A DNA stretch of 64,000 bases, from contig NC_043002.1 in the NCBI RefSeq assembly GCF_006345805.1, positions 107,322,001-107,386,000 of the forward strand, read 5' to 3'. The notes under the pieces are model-generated. The model saw only the letters and a list, made by a program, of their open reading frames with translations. It was not told the origin of the DNA and ran no database searches. This DNA comes from Octopus sinensis (Eukaryota). How positions within the stretch are numbered: position 1 is the stretch's first letter; every line of letters starts with the position of its first letter. The translations under genes and the position numbers were made by a program. This document shows, piece after piece, positions 22,186 through 34,090 of the stretch.

Positions 22186-22577
22186 TATGTGTGTGTGTGC
22201 GTGTGTGCATATGTATACGCATAGGTATATGCATATTTGTGCATATACCCATATATATATAGGTATACATACACACACTCACACATACATACACGACATG
22301 ATAGAGACGGTAAATGGAATATACAGGAACTTTTACTGCTCACAGCGATCGATCCCTCGCAGGTGGGCTACTGTACAACTTGTTGTGGTGCATCCCTCGG
22401 CGCAGAAGTGTCTCGTCGAGTGATGCTATAAGGGACACCTCGTTCAATAAACCCCGTTTCGTTCGGTTTTAATACAGCATGTTCTTAGTGACCGTCGGTT
22501 TAAACTGTTGGGGAGGAATGGCAAAGGACAGATTCCGTTGCGACGTTATACTCAAAGACAGGGAGTAATTAAGATAA

Positions 22578-22953
22578 ATAAGAAGAACCACAGAGTACAA
22601 ACCTCCGCCAAGGCAACACCAACGTTCTCCCAACGATTAGCCGGAGATGAATTTTAAATTGAGAATGTCTGAAATAAACTCGACTGCTTTCACAACCGAG
22701 AATACTAAAACTGAACCTGATCGCTCCCAAAAATTAAGTAAAAAAAAAAAAAAAAACAGCAAAAATAATCCAGAATCTTTGTTCGGTATCGGATCGATCC
22801 CAAAATCTAATCAGTTCATGCCAGTCACGAGGCCAAACATGCCTAAAAGTTTCATCCGAATCCATCCAGCGGTTCTTGAGATATATTGTCCGCGGACAAA
22901 CAAACAAACGCGACTGAAAACAATACCTCCGCCTTCGCTAAGGCGGAGGTAAT
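22578..22953 (+). mobile_element. Helentron-associated (HINE/DINE-1-like) element
   Basis: Sub-terminal acctccgcc at 22601, (CAAA)n, and 3' hairpin acctccgccttcgctaaggcggaggt at 22925-22950. Confidence 0.75.
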
Positions 22954-23025
22954 AATAATAATAATATACAACAAAGTAAAATATCAGTGCCCACATTTTG
23001 TATGTGTGTGTGTGTGTGTGTGTGG

Positions 23026-23064
<39 letters not shown>

Positions 23065-23123
23065 TGCACACACACAAAATTATATGCATAAAAAATTTCA
23101 TTTCATATATACATATATACATA

Positions 23124-23397
23124 CAATGGCCCAGTGGTTAAGGCAGCGGACTCGCGGTCGTAGGATCGCTGTTTCGATTCCCAGGCCGGGCGTTGTGAGT
23201 GTTTATTGAGCGAAAACACCTAAAAGCTCCACGAGGCTCCGGCAGGGGGTGGTGGCGATCCCTGCTGTACTCTTTCACCACTCTGTCTCCCACTCTTTCT
23301 TCTGTTGGCTTAGCCAGCGGGGTGGCATCATTCGAAGGCCAAAACAATGCGAATGCATTGTGACCAGCGATGGTCTAGTCGGTCACGTGATCACGTG

Positions 23398-23399
<2 letters not shown>
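23124..23399 (+). mobile_element. SINE family C (tRNA-Arg-like head), short tail
   Basis: tggcccagtggttaaggcagcggactcgcggtcgtaggatcgc...tttcgattccc; ends cacgtgatcacgtgat. Confidence 0.85.
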
Positions 23400-23429
<30 letters not shown>

Positions 23430-23754
23430 GTGTGTGTGTGTGTGCGCGCGCATCGAAATCTCTCTCTCTCCCCCCTCCCCCCACATACACGTACAATTCT
23501 GTATACACAGAAACAAAGTGTTAAAGATTAATGTTATGCAAATTAGTAGTTTCCAGTTCTCTGAAGCTACTTGATTCGATATGTATATAAAGAGAATGGC
23601 TACTTGCTTCTGTATTTAAAAAATTGTCTACTTTGTAGGATTATATTTAAAGGTAATAAGGACCAGTAATGTGTGTAAGGACTAGTAATATGATATATAT
23701 TGTGTGCAAAAAAAAGATTTAAAGAAAAAACTAACTTGGCTTCAGTGACAAGAT

Positions 23755-24660
23755 CAAGCTGGAGGGAGAAGGAAGGCGATGTCATCTCACTGAAGTTGTC
23801 GTCAACAAAATCTAGTGGGACCAGAAGAACATTGATAGAGAATAACTATGCCACCTGGAACTGGAGGAAATGCTCGTCGATATCTACGTTAGAAGCCTGA
23901 AGGTGGCGAGCTGGCAGAAGCGTTAGCACGCTGGGCGAAATGCGTAGCCGTATTTCGTCTGCCGTTACGCTCCGAGTTCAAATTCCACCGAAGTCGACTT
24001 TGCCTTTCATCTTTTCATGGTCGATACATTAAGTACCAGTTACGCACTGGGGTCGATATAATCGACTTAATCCGTTTGTACGTCTTTGTTTGTCCTCTCT
24101 GTGCTTACCCCTTGTGGGTAGTAAAGAAATAGATATCTACGTTAGAAGCCTGAGCATGAACTTTGGAATAGGCCAGCGCCCGTCACTGTAAACGTCAAGA
24201 CCTGGGAAAGATGGTGACGGAAATCTCGCTCTTAATTTCCCGGAGGAGAAGGATTGCGCTTAACTGAGCGACCTTTCAGAAGGTGAAATATCTCATGAGA
24301 AGTCCCAAAGTTTCCATGAAAATTAAAAGAGAGATCTTCAGCGAGTACATCATGTCAGTGATTATTTACGACAGTGAAACATGGGCTTTCAACATTACCA
24401 TCTTCCTCGGCATTATATTGCTGGGACAAGAAAACCAACGATGGCACGCGAGAGTCAACGACATCTTAAGAACCACCAAGGAGAACAAGTGTAGATGGCT
24501 GGCCACATCGGGCGGCGTAATGGACATCAAAACATAGGACTGACATAAAGTTGACCAAAGATAAGATGGCGAGATGATCTCACCCGCTACCTGGGACCTA
24601 CATGGCCACGACTGGCCCCAGAGTCAGACATCAGTGGAAGAGCCCAGAAAGAATAAAAGA
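23755..24660 (+). mobile_element. Degraded RTE-clade LINE fragment (RT and C-terminus)
   Basis: Remnants resembling GVRQGDVISxKL, KREIFSEYIMSVIIYDSETW, RWAGH, RPKIRWRDDL; interrupted by a SINE. Confidence 0.72.
23901..24131 (+). mobile_element. SINE A monomer with 22-bp TSD
   Basis: gatatctacgttagaagcctga at 23879-23900 and 24132-24153. Confidence 0.93.
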
Positions 24661-24714
24661 AAGACTTTGATGCCATATATAATTGACCGAAGAAAACAAC
24701 ATAGCGGGACATGA

Positions 24715-25230
24715 GGAGGGAGATTGCGTCAATGGAACAGCTAAATTACTGGGATGACTGAAAGAGCTATGACTCTACACTTTGGAACGAAGACGGGAGG
24801 GATATGCAATGATATGCGTATGGAAGATCCTGAAGGTGTTGGCACCAAACTTTGGCTTCAAGAGTTATACCAGCCCCCGAACGGGACGTCACTGTGCTGT
24901 TTCAAAGGTCCCAGCTATTCCGTTTAGAGTGAGGACTATGTATTACAATAAATTGGAATTGAAGAGCCTACTGCTATTTAATACCTTGCCAAAACATTTG
25001 AGGGATCTAAATGGAGTAAGAGTGAATGCTTTCAAGAAACAACTTGACCTCCTGCTGGCCAAGGCCCCAGATGGACCTACATCACAGCAATAAACTCAAA
25101 AGAGGGCAGCAATGTCGAACTCATTTCTTCACCAAAAGCCAATAACCAAAGAACGGGCATTGAAAAGGTGATAACACTGGTGGTACCCCAGCATGGCCAC
25201 AGCCTTTGGGCTGAAACGTTTAAAAGAATG
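24715..25230 (+). mobile_element. CR1-group LINE 3' fragment
   Basis: ERRREGY...WKIL...PNFG...RTGRHC...LFNTLPKHLR...FKKQLD; 3' stem-loop tail at 25179-25217. Confidence 0.85.
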
Positions 25231-25638
25231 AAAATATATATATGAATTTAGCAGAGTAATCCATGAACTAGAAATATATCACGAGTTAATCTTTATAAAT
25301 TACGAGCTGAAACAGGAAAAGCGCAAAGAAAACGTTAATTAGAAGAATAAAGTTAGTGTAATACACTGTGAAGAACAGGCAGTGCTATCCTTCGTGGAGA
25401 CTGAGATTACAGTTATGTGGAAGAAAAAGCAGCATTGGTGTAGAGAGAGAGAGAGAGAGAGAGAGGGGTATTTATAAAGAGAGTAATTAGATGAATAGAT
25501 AGGTGGTGGGAAGTTGAGGGAAACAGAAATATCCTGAGTCTAACCTGTAAGCGAGACAAGTAGTTAGGCGAGCAGACAATGTAGGACAAAAGAAGTTGGC
25601 GTAAGGCTTGAAGCAGAAACATTAAAAATTACTAGTAT

Positions 25639-25945
25639 GTGGAGGCGCAATGGCCTAGTGGTTAGGGCAGCGGACTCGCGGTCGCAGGATCGCGGTTTCG
25701 GTTCCCAGACCGGGCGTTGTGAGTGTTTATTGAGCGAAAATACCTAAAAGTTCCACGAGGCTCCGGCAGGGGGTGGTGATCCTTGCTGTACTCTTTCACC
25801 ACTCTTTCTCCCACTCTTTCTTCTGTTGGCCTGCTCGCTTAGCTAGCGGGGTAACGTCATTCGAAGGCTAAAACAATGCGAATGCATTGTGACCAGCGAT
25901 GTGTAACAACATCTGATGGTCTGGTCGGTCACGTGATCACGTGAT
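25639..25945 (+). mobile_element. SINE family C, short tail
   Basis: Homolog of 23124-23399. Confidence 0.88.
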
Positions 25946-26778
25946 GTGTGTATATATGCTTTCCGCAATAATCATACACTTCATTTAAATGGCGTTGAGA
26001 AAGCTTTAAAGTCTTGCACAAGAATTCAGCTCTACGTGCAATTCATATTATAGCAGAAACGACTGTAAGCTATTGAAAATTATTATTTAACTCGTGTAAG
26101 TACTTGTGTATCAGCCTTAACTATTATAGTTTCTTTACTTGACATAATCTTTACAAATAGTTCCCGTTATTTCCGGTTTTTTTTTAAACATTTCCCACAA
26201 TCTTTACTTAGGGTGTCTCCAAGAACCAAAGGCGGGAAATCTTTTTGCTACCAAAGGCAACTTTCAGGTGTATAGGGATCTGTGGAGAACGCAGCTAGTT
26301 TGAGAAAAATAATATATCGTTAATTTTACAAACTTTTCTAATTCACAGATAACTTATATTAATTACTGGTTTAATCTCATGGATTAACCTAATTTTTTAG
26401 AGAGTTCGTCAGGGGGCGGTTTCAAATTTGAATACAGAAAACATTTCGCTTGCGGGTTAGGTGTTCTCTATCACTTTTCCTAAGTGATCTCTCGACCTGC
26501 TAGAAACAGAGGGTTTGGTGTTCCCCATCGCTTTTTCTAAGTGATCTCTCGACCTGCTAGAAATAGCGGGTTAGATGTTACTTTAATCCTTTTTGTGACC
26601 AGAGTTTTAAATCTTAAAAAGCTCGTTTATTTTATTATGATTTATTTTACTTTTCAATTTTATTCTCGGATCGCTAAAATAAGTATTAGGTTAATACTGG
26701 ATCGATAAAACAACTGAAAGAACCAACAGAAAGTGGTGGCGATGTTCTCCTCCATTCACATTCCTCCTATATTGGTTA

Positions 26779-27294
26779 CTAGCAGTATCGCCCGGCGTTG
26801 CTCGGGTTTGTAAAGGAAATAACTATATAAGCATTTTTAGAGAGTTACTTCCCTTATAGATGCCAATTCGGGCTTTCTTAGCCATTTCTGTTTTGGTGTC
26901 TTCAAGCCATGAAGTCGTTGTTCTAAAAGAATGCTGGTCTCCTTGACAACGCATTACGATGTTGATTTCCTTACACTCCCTTCCCCACAGCTTCACGAGG
27001 GAGGGAAGAAGGGGGAGAAGCAAACAGGTGCAGGTGTGACCATGGACGCCAACTCCGCCGCCATCGACACACGAAAAATTATGCATTAAAATGGAATAAA
27101 AAATGATGTTAAATTATTTTTAAAATCGTAGACTCATCGTAGACGCGCGCTAATAACCCAGACGGGCTAGATATGAATCACGACTATAAGATACCCGAAT
27201 TTGGTTAAACTGCACCGCAAAATGTGGGAGTAGTTAGGAATCTAAATCGAAGGGGACAGACACTCACACAACTACAGTTTTATATATATATAGA
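26779..27294 (-). mobile_element. Non-autonomous Helitron with alternative internal segment
   Basis: A|TC ... cccgagcaacgccggg ... CTAG|T; internal 26850-27070 is absent from the other copies. Confidence 0.85.
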
Positions 27295-27402
27295 TGTTAC
27301 AGAGATTGTTTACTTGAAATTATCAGATGTCACTGACCTCACTTCCGGTCAATTTACTGTAAACTGCCCGTAACCACGTCGTTTATATTTATAATATATA
27401 TT

Positions 27403-27599
27403 TTTTTACTTGTTTCAGTCATTTGGCTGCGACCATGCTGGAGCGCTGCCTTTGGTCAAACGAATCGATTCCTAGGACTTATTCTTTGTAAACCAAGTAC
27501 TTATCCTATAGGTTTCTTTTGCTGAACCGCTAAGTTACGGGGACGTAAAGACACCAACATCGGTTGTTAAGCGATGGTGGAGAGACAAACACAGACATA

Positions 27600-27641
<42 letters not shown>

Positions 27642-27806
27642 TATATATATACGACGGGCTTCTTTTAGTTTCTGTCTACTAAATACACTCACAAGTCTTT
27701 GGTCGACTCGAGGATATAGCAGAAGACACTTGCCTAAGGTGCCACGCAGTGGGACTGAACCTGGAACCAGGTGGTTGGGAAGCAAGCTACTTCCCACACA
27801 GCTACG
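27403..27806 (-). mobile_element. SINE family B, diverged
   Basis: Head and tail recognisable. Confidence 0.85.
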
Positions 27807-27808
27807 AC

Positions 27809-27844
<36 letters not shown>

Positions 27845-27845
<1 letters not shown>

Positions 27846-28105
27846 GTATTTTTGTATTTTTATTCGTTTCACATCGTCCGTTTTCCGTCCTTGTTTTGTA
27901 CACATTCGAGGCTTTCTTCCAAGGAATCTAATGCGCTTGGCTTAGATTTTCCTTTGGGGCTGGCCAGGTCGGAGCAATCTCAAGATTAATCAGCCGAAAT
28001 TGCGAAGATGATCCGGTTCTTGACTGAAGATTGAAGGTCCGTGTTTTTTGTGTCGTCTTCTAAATGTTTCACGTTCTTGTCCCAGTTTGTATTTTTTTAC
28101 TTTTA
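27845..28105. mobile_element. Microsatellite-flanked interspersed repeat
   Basis: Reverse homolog at about 56905-57035. Confidence 0.7.
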
Positions 28106-28121
28106 CATATATATATATATG

Positions 28122-28185
<64 letters not shown>

Positions 28186-28186
<1 letters not shown>

Positions 28187-28230
28187 CGGCGGTGCATCAG
28201 CATGACCGCAGCTCTGAGCTGAAAAAAAAA
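28186..28230 (+). mobile_element. Extremely 5'-truncated CR1-group LINE tail
   Basis: acggcggtgcatcagcatgaccgcagctctgagctgaaa is identical to the reverse complement of 41809-41847. Confidence 0.85.
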
Positions 28231-28731
28231 TATATATATATTGATTGTGTTTGAAAACGAAGAAGCAGGGTTGAGAAAGATGCTCTGAATTATGAATATA
28301 TCTCCATCTTTTTATTTCATCATCTTTATATATGGTGTCCCTTTCAAAAACGTGATTTGGGGCAGCATTTCAACATGTTGTCTTCCCCCGTACTCAACCC
28401 CATGGTACACCGCATTGTGTAATCTTTACCGTAAACCATCTAACCCCGACCCCAGGCTCTCTCGATAAATTCACATAACCTTGTGTGAAGAAGTATTTAG
28501 TTAATGTTACTGCTAGGAACCTTACATGTAGAAGACAGCAGCGGATGGGGGGGGGGAGATAGGAAGGGGGCAAGACAAAATGTAGTCGTGTCCCACCCCC
28601 TTAACTATTCCTTCTCCTTATTAAGAAGAAATACTATATAGTTCTTGTTGCTTGCTAGTTTCCTTTCGGGACATGATGCAATATTAGATGAGGTATCTGA
28701 TGTGCAGAGCGCGTGCGAGCACACACACACA

Positions 28732-28774
<43 letters not shown>

Positions 28775-29115
28775 TGTGTGTTCGTTAAACATATCTCGCC
28801 ATCCATCAATCTGTCGATCAGCTGATCAAATTAAAAACTCATTTGCCAAAAATTCCCAACCCTGTTAAAAACAGCAGCCAAATCCCCCTTTTATCACATC
28901 TTGAAAAATAAAAAGGAAGGTTACAGTGGACGACGTAGTCTTGGATATACCATATCTAAAAAGGAAAGCATGTCCGTGCCTTTGATCATACGTCTGCTGG
29001 ATTAGAACTGACCGGGGGCTAAACATCACCACAACCTTATCTTTCAAACAGCTATATTTCCGGTAACTGGCAGATTGAAATGATGTATTCAGTTTTTAAT
29101 ATACGTGTGTAAGTA

Positions 29116-29325
29116 GAGGCGGTGGAATTTGAACTCACGTCTGTCGTTACGTTCTGGGTTCAAATTCCGCCGAGGTCGACTTTGCCTTTCATCCTTTCGG
29201 GGTCGATAAATTAAGTACCAGTTACGCACTGGGGTCGATGTAATCGACTTAATACCTATGTCTGTCCTTGTTTGTCCTCTCTATGTTTAGCCCCTTGTGG
29301 GTAATAAAGAAATAGGTATATTCTA
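29116..29325 (+). mobile_element. SINE A, 5'-truncated
   Basis: Body and tail match family A. Confidence 0.88.
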
Positions 29326-29430
29326 AACAGAGCTCAATTCCAAGGGTCAAGGGTTGTTTTTGGTTATTGCTGCTGGTACCTCACGTCTAATTATTCCAAT
29401 TTCACGTTGTTGATCATCAGGCGGTATACA

Positions 29431-29473
29431 ATCTAGTCTGATGATCGCGAACGTGAAATTCGAATAACTAGAT
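29431..29473 (+). ncRNA. Minimal type I hammerhead motif
   Basis: AUCUAGU-CUGAUGA-u CG cgaa CG u-GAAA-UUCGAAUA-ACUAGAU; helix III palindrome AUUCGAAU; an inverted diverged copy lies at about 29357-29420. Confidence 0.7.
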
Positions 29474-29844
29474 GTAAGGTGCCACTTGTAATACCCCACC
29501 CTGGTACATGTACGTAAGTATATATCAACTCTATCGATTAGATAGATTATCGGATATTGTTTTACACCGCTGGACACAGTGCACTTCCAGTTCTTATATG
29601 GCCTTCATTTTTCAATCTGATAGGGTGGGTAGAATGTGATTTTTTTTATCGATTACTGACGGGGAAGAGCAGTACCCTCAGCATTTTTTCAAGGTCTCTG
29701 AGACAGGTGGGGGTACGAAAGAGGGAGTGAATCTGATAGTGGGTCCCTTGGATTACTACATTTCGCTGGCCCCTGGTGTAGAGGTACTTTTTTTGTCCCG
29801 CACTGTATAAATTATATATACTATATAATATACTATGTAACAGG

Positions 29845-29991
29845 CGCAAGCGTGGCTGTGTGGTAAGAAGTATGTTTCCCAACCACATGGTTCCAAGTTC
29901 AGTCTCACCTTGCGCAAAGCCATGTGAGTGGATTTGATAGACAGAAACTGAAAGAGGTCTGCCGTGTCCGTCTGTCTGTCTGTCTGTCTGC

Positions 29992-30049
<58 letters not shown>

Positions 30050-30245
30050 CCTCTACCACCGCTTGACAACCGGTGTTGGTGTGTTTACGTCCCCGTAACG
30101 CAGCTGTTCGGCAAAAGAGACCATGGAATGAGTACCAGGCTTGAAAAAAAAAATAGTACTGGGTCCGATTAATTTGTCTAAAAATTCTTGAAGGCTGTGC
30201 CCCGGGAAGGCCGCAGGGTAATAACTGAAACAAATAAATGATAAA
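29845..30245 (+). mobile_element. SINE family B, diverged
   Basis: Internal tract is (CTAT)n instead of TA/TG. Confidence 0.82.
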
Positions 30246-30424
30246 AGATAATACATTAATTGAGGGTGCGAGGTGGATGTGAAACCCTCAATACACGGGA
30301 CAGAATATACTCCATATAATGGGGAGTTATTTTCACGAAAGTAAATTTAATAAATTCATTTGTTGAAGGTTAGTGGAAAGAGTGATATTCTTTTCTACTT
30401 TAGGTACAATGGCTCGACGTTTTC

Positions 30425-30790
30425 GGGATGGGGGCCAGTCGATTAGATCGACCCCCAATACGCAACTGGTTCTTAATTTATCGACCCCGAAAGGATGAAA
30501 GGCAAAGTCGACCTCGGCGGAATTTGAACTCAGAACGTAAAGACAGACGAAATACCTATTTCTTTACTTCCCACAAGGGGCTAAACACAGAGAGGACAAA
30601 CAAGAGGCACCCTCTATATATATATATATGTGTGTGGGGGGGTGTTAAGAAACTTCTTCCCCAAGTACATGGTCCCGGGTTCAGTCTCACTGCGTGGCGC
30701 CTTGGGAAAGTGTATACTTTCGGGCCGACCAAAGCCTTGTGAGTGGATTTGGTAGACGGAAACTGAAAGAAGCCCGTCGTATATATATAC
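30425..30790. mobile_element. SINE A fragment (-) followed by SINE B 5' half (+)
   Basis: A at 30425-30605; B at about 30640-30790. Confidence 0.8.
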
Positions 30791-31909
30791 CCTAATACTT
30801 CTATCTGTCACCCATATGTGATCAGTGGCTGATTTTCTATCTTCTGCCTTTTTTGCTACTGGACGCCTAGCGTGCTGGTCTACCTTTTTTTCTTTTCTCA
30901 ATTCTGTTCTTTCTTTTTCTCTTCTCTATTCTGTTCTTTATATTCAGTTGAGGATTTTTTCCAGGCGTATATCTATAAATATGTATATGTATATATATTT
31001 GTGTATATATATATATGCATATATATATATATATCTATAAATATGTATATGTATCTATATTATATGTATGTGTATATATATATATATGTATTTATGTATA
31101 TATATCTATAAATATGTGTATGTTCATGTGTATGTATGTATATGTACATATATATACACATATATATAAGTAAAAATTATCTAAGAAATAATTCAGAGTG
31201 CGCATTAGCATATATTCAAACAATAGATACAGGTCTATCAAATACCATGCAACATAAATTCTTGATTTATTAAAATCTTTCTGCCTGTAGATGATGTATC
31301 ATAATTATCAAGTGGCAATTAAGACCAGCTGCTCTTGAGAAAGTGAAGTAATCTTAAGAATCAAGAATTCTCCAAAGCTGTTGTGCCATTAAAGGAAAAG
31401 ACTAGCGTATTTTTTGAAGATAAGATAACAGTAAATACATGTGTTTCTGCCTCTATAGCTGTCATCAGCACGACAACTGTCTGGCTTTATCTCGGCGTTA
31501 TTTCCACAGGCCAAGGAAGTTAGGCTTTTAGAAAAAGAAAAGAGATCACTTTTATAGCTTAGGTAATTTGCATAATTTATACAAGAATGAACAAAGAGAA
31601 ATAACTCAAAATAGCATATACATTGGAGTCTATGAACAGGAAGAAAGGGTTTCCGTTCACGCAGGAGGTTTATTTATTCATTTATTTATTTATTTATTTA
31701 TTTATTTATTCGTAGTTGATTTTTCAGCGCACTCACATTGCATTTGATCGGAATCCAGAGACGCAAATGTGCGCGTGTGTATGTGCGCGCGCACAAATGC
31801 ACATTGTCATCTTGATATTCATTTCCAAACACATATTACTTTTAAAATTTTCATAGCTTGCCAAGCATCACTACTGATAGTTGCCCCGATGCCTTGCTAA
31901 CATACACAA

Positions 31910-32170
31910 GTGGAGGTGCGTGGCTTAGTGGTTAGGGTGTTGGACTCATGATCGTAAGATTTTGGTTTCGATTCCTGGACCGGGTGACGCGTTGTATTCT
32001 TGAGCAAAGCACTTCATTTCACGTTGCTCCAATCTGACCAGCTCACAAAAAATGAGTAATCCTGTGAGGTATTGGCGTCCCGTCCAGATGGGAAACATAT
32101 AGGCCATGGAAACCAGGAAACCGGCCTTTATGACTCGATATAATTCGAGAAGGTAACTTTTCCTTAGCTT
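31910..32170 (+). mobile_element. SINE family D
   Basis: gtggaggtgcgtggcttagtggttagggtgttggactcatgatcgtaagatt...ttcgattcctgg. Confidence 0.82.
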
Positions 32171-32287
32171 TGATATACACACACATGATGGCCTCATATA
32201 TATTAGAAAGAAAGAGTCACTGGGTGTTGCTTAAGAAATATTTTATCGGCAAAAGCTACGAAGTGACTCAAGGTCCGAGAGTGCTGT

Positions 32288-32712
32288 AGTTAGTTAGTTA
32301 ATTTTTTGGCTCAAAAAGCAAGGCCATGTAGGGGGACATGGAGTTATGTACAGGGTGGTGTTCATGTAAAGAGTTCAGGCCACTTGTGGTCAAGGAAGAC
32401 TGAACCGAGCGGTCGTCGGCATCTTCACCATCTCGTCTGGCAGCTTATTCCACGGATCCGCAACCCGAACGGAGAAAGCCCCTCTCCTTCGATTGAGATG
32501 AAATCGTCGCAGATAGAGCTTTTCGGAATGACCCCGCAGCCGACGCTCTGGAGCAGGAGTGAAGAACAGCTCTTTCGAGAGGTTACACTTTCCGCTTATG
32601 ATGTTGTGAGCAAGAATGAGATCTCCACGGCGTCGTCGTTTTTCTGGAGAATAAAGGTCGAGCGTCTTCAGCCTTTCTTCATAAGACAAATTCTCTGTAC
32701 ATAGCACACTTT
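32288..32712 (-). mobile_element. CR1/L2-group LINE 3' fragment, second lineage
   Basis: LSYEERLKTLDLYSPEKRRRRGDLI...LRGHSEKL...FSVRVADPWNKLP; (CTAA)n tail. Confidence 0.88.
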
Positions 32713-33104
32713 CATATTTGAGAGTCTACTTTAATATAGATTGACTTGTAATGCTATAACGAAACTCTGAGCCCTTGAGTCACTCTGTGACTTCCGCTGA
32801 TTAGAACATAAGATACGTGTACTCTTTGTACTATCAAACCTCCTATATAAAGACGTGGTCATTCACAGGTGGTACGTCTTTGATCCTAGATCTGTTTAAG
32901 GGCTGACCTGGAGCTAATAGCAACGTTGATAAAGATAATTGATAATTTATGTGAAGCGAATGAAACACGTGTTGCTGTTTCGCCCTCAGACAATCCTTGA
33001 TCAATAAGACGAAGGACATTCCAGTTGTAACAGGCGATAATGTGTAGGCTTAGATATACAAAACGATGGTATGGTAACAGCTAGGATGGTATTTTTTTTT
33101 TTTG

Positions 33105-33525
33105 TTGGCGGCGAGCTGGCAGAAACGTTAGCACGTCGGGCGAAATGCTTAGCGGTATTTCGGCTGCCGTTACGTTGTGAGTTCAAATTCCGCCGAGGTC
33201 GACTTTGCCTTTCATCCTTTCGGGGTCGATAAATTAAGTACCAGTTACGCACTGGGGTCGATGTAATCGACTTAATACCTATGTCTGTCCTTGTTTGTCC
33301 CCTCTGTGTTTAGCCCCTTGTGGGTAATAAAGAAATAGGTATTTCGGCTGCCGTTACGTTGTGAGTTCAAATTCCGCCGAGGTCGACTTTGCCTTTCATC
33401 CTTTCGGGGTCGATAAATTAAGTACCAGTTACGCACTGGGGTCGATGTAATCGACTTAATATCTATGTCTGTCCTTGTTTGTCCCCTCTGTGTTTAGCCC
33501 CTTGTGGGTAATAAATAGGTATTTC
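33105..33525 (+). mobile_element. SINE A array, 2 units
   Basis: ggtatttc at 33154 and 33338 (184-bp period). Confidence 0.92.
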
Positions 33526-33769
33526 TTTTTTGTTTTCATAATTTAAACAGCAAATAAATGAAGAATACATTGGATAAAGCATTCGGGAATATATGTTCGA
33601 AAAGAATAAGGTTGCCCATCACGTCGAATAAGGAAAATTCAATACAGCAATTTTTAAGATGGTGACTTAAGAGAAAGTATTTTCTTAAAAATTAAATTGC
33701 CGTTCATTATATTACGTGAACAACATATATGTATGTCTCTATGTATGTACGTATATATATATATACGTT

Positions 33770-34090
33770 TTTATTGCCCACTGGGGGGTAAACATAGAGG
33801 GAACAAACAAGGACAGATAAAGGGATTAAGTCGATTACATCGACCCCAGTGTATGACTGGTACTTAATTAATCGACTCCGAAAGGATGAAAGGCAAAGTC
33901 GACCTCGGCGGAATTTGAACTCAGAACGTAGCGAAGGGCTAAATACCTATTTCTTTACTACCCACAAGGGGCTAAACACAGAGGAGACAAACAAGGACAG
34001 ACAGATTAAGTCTATTATATCGACCCCAGTGCGTAACTGGTACTTAATTTATCGACCCCGAAAGGACGAAAGGCAAAATCGACCTCAGCG
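33770..34090 (-). mobile_element. SINE A array, truncated
   Basis: Abuts and truncates the Dong fragment. Confidence 0.85.
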
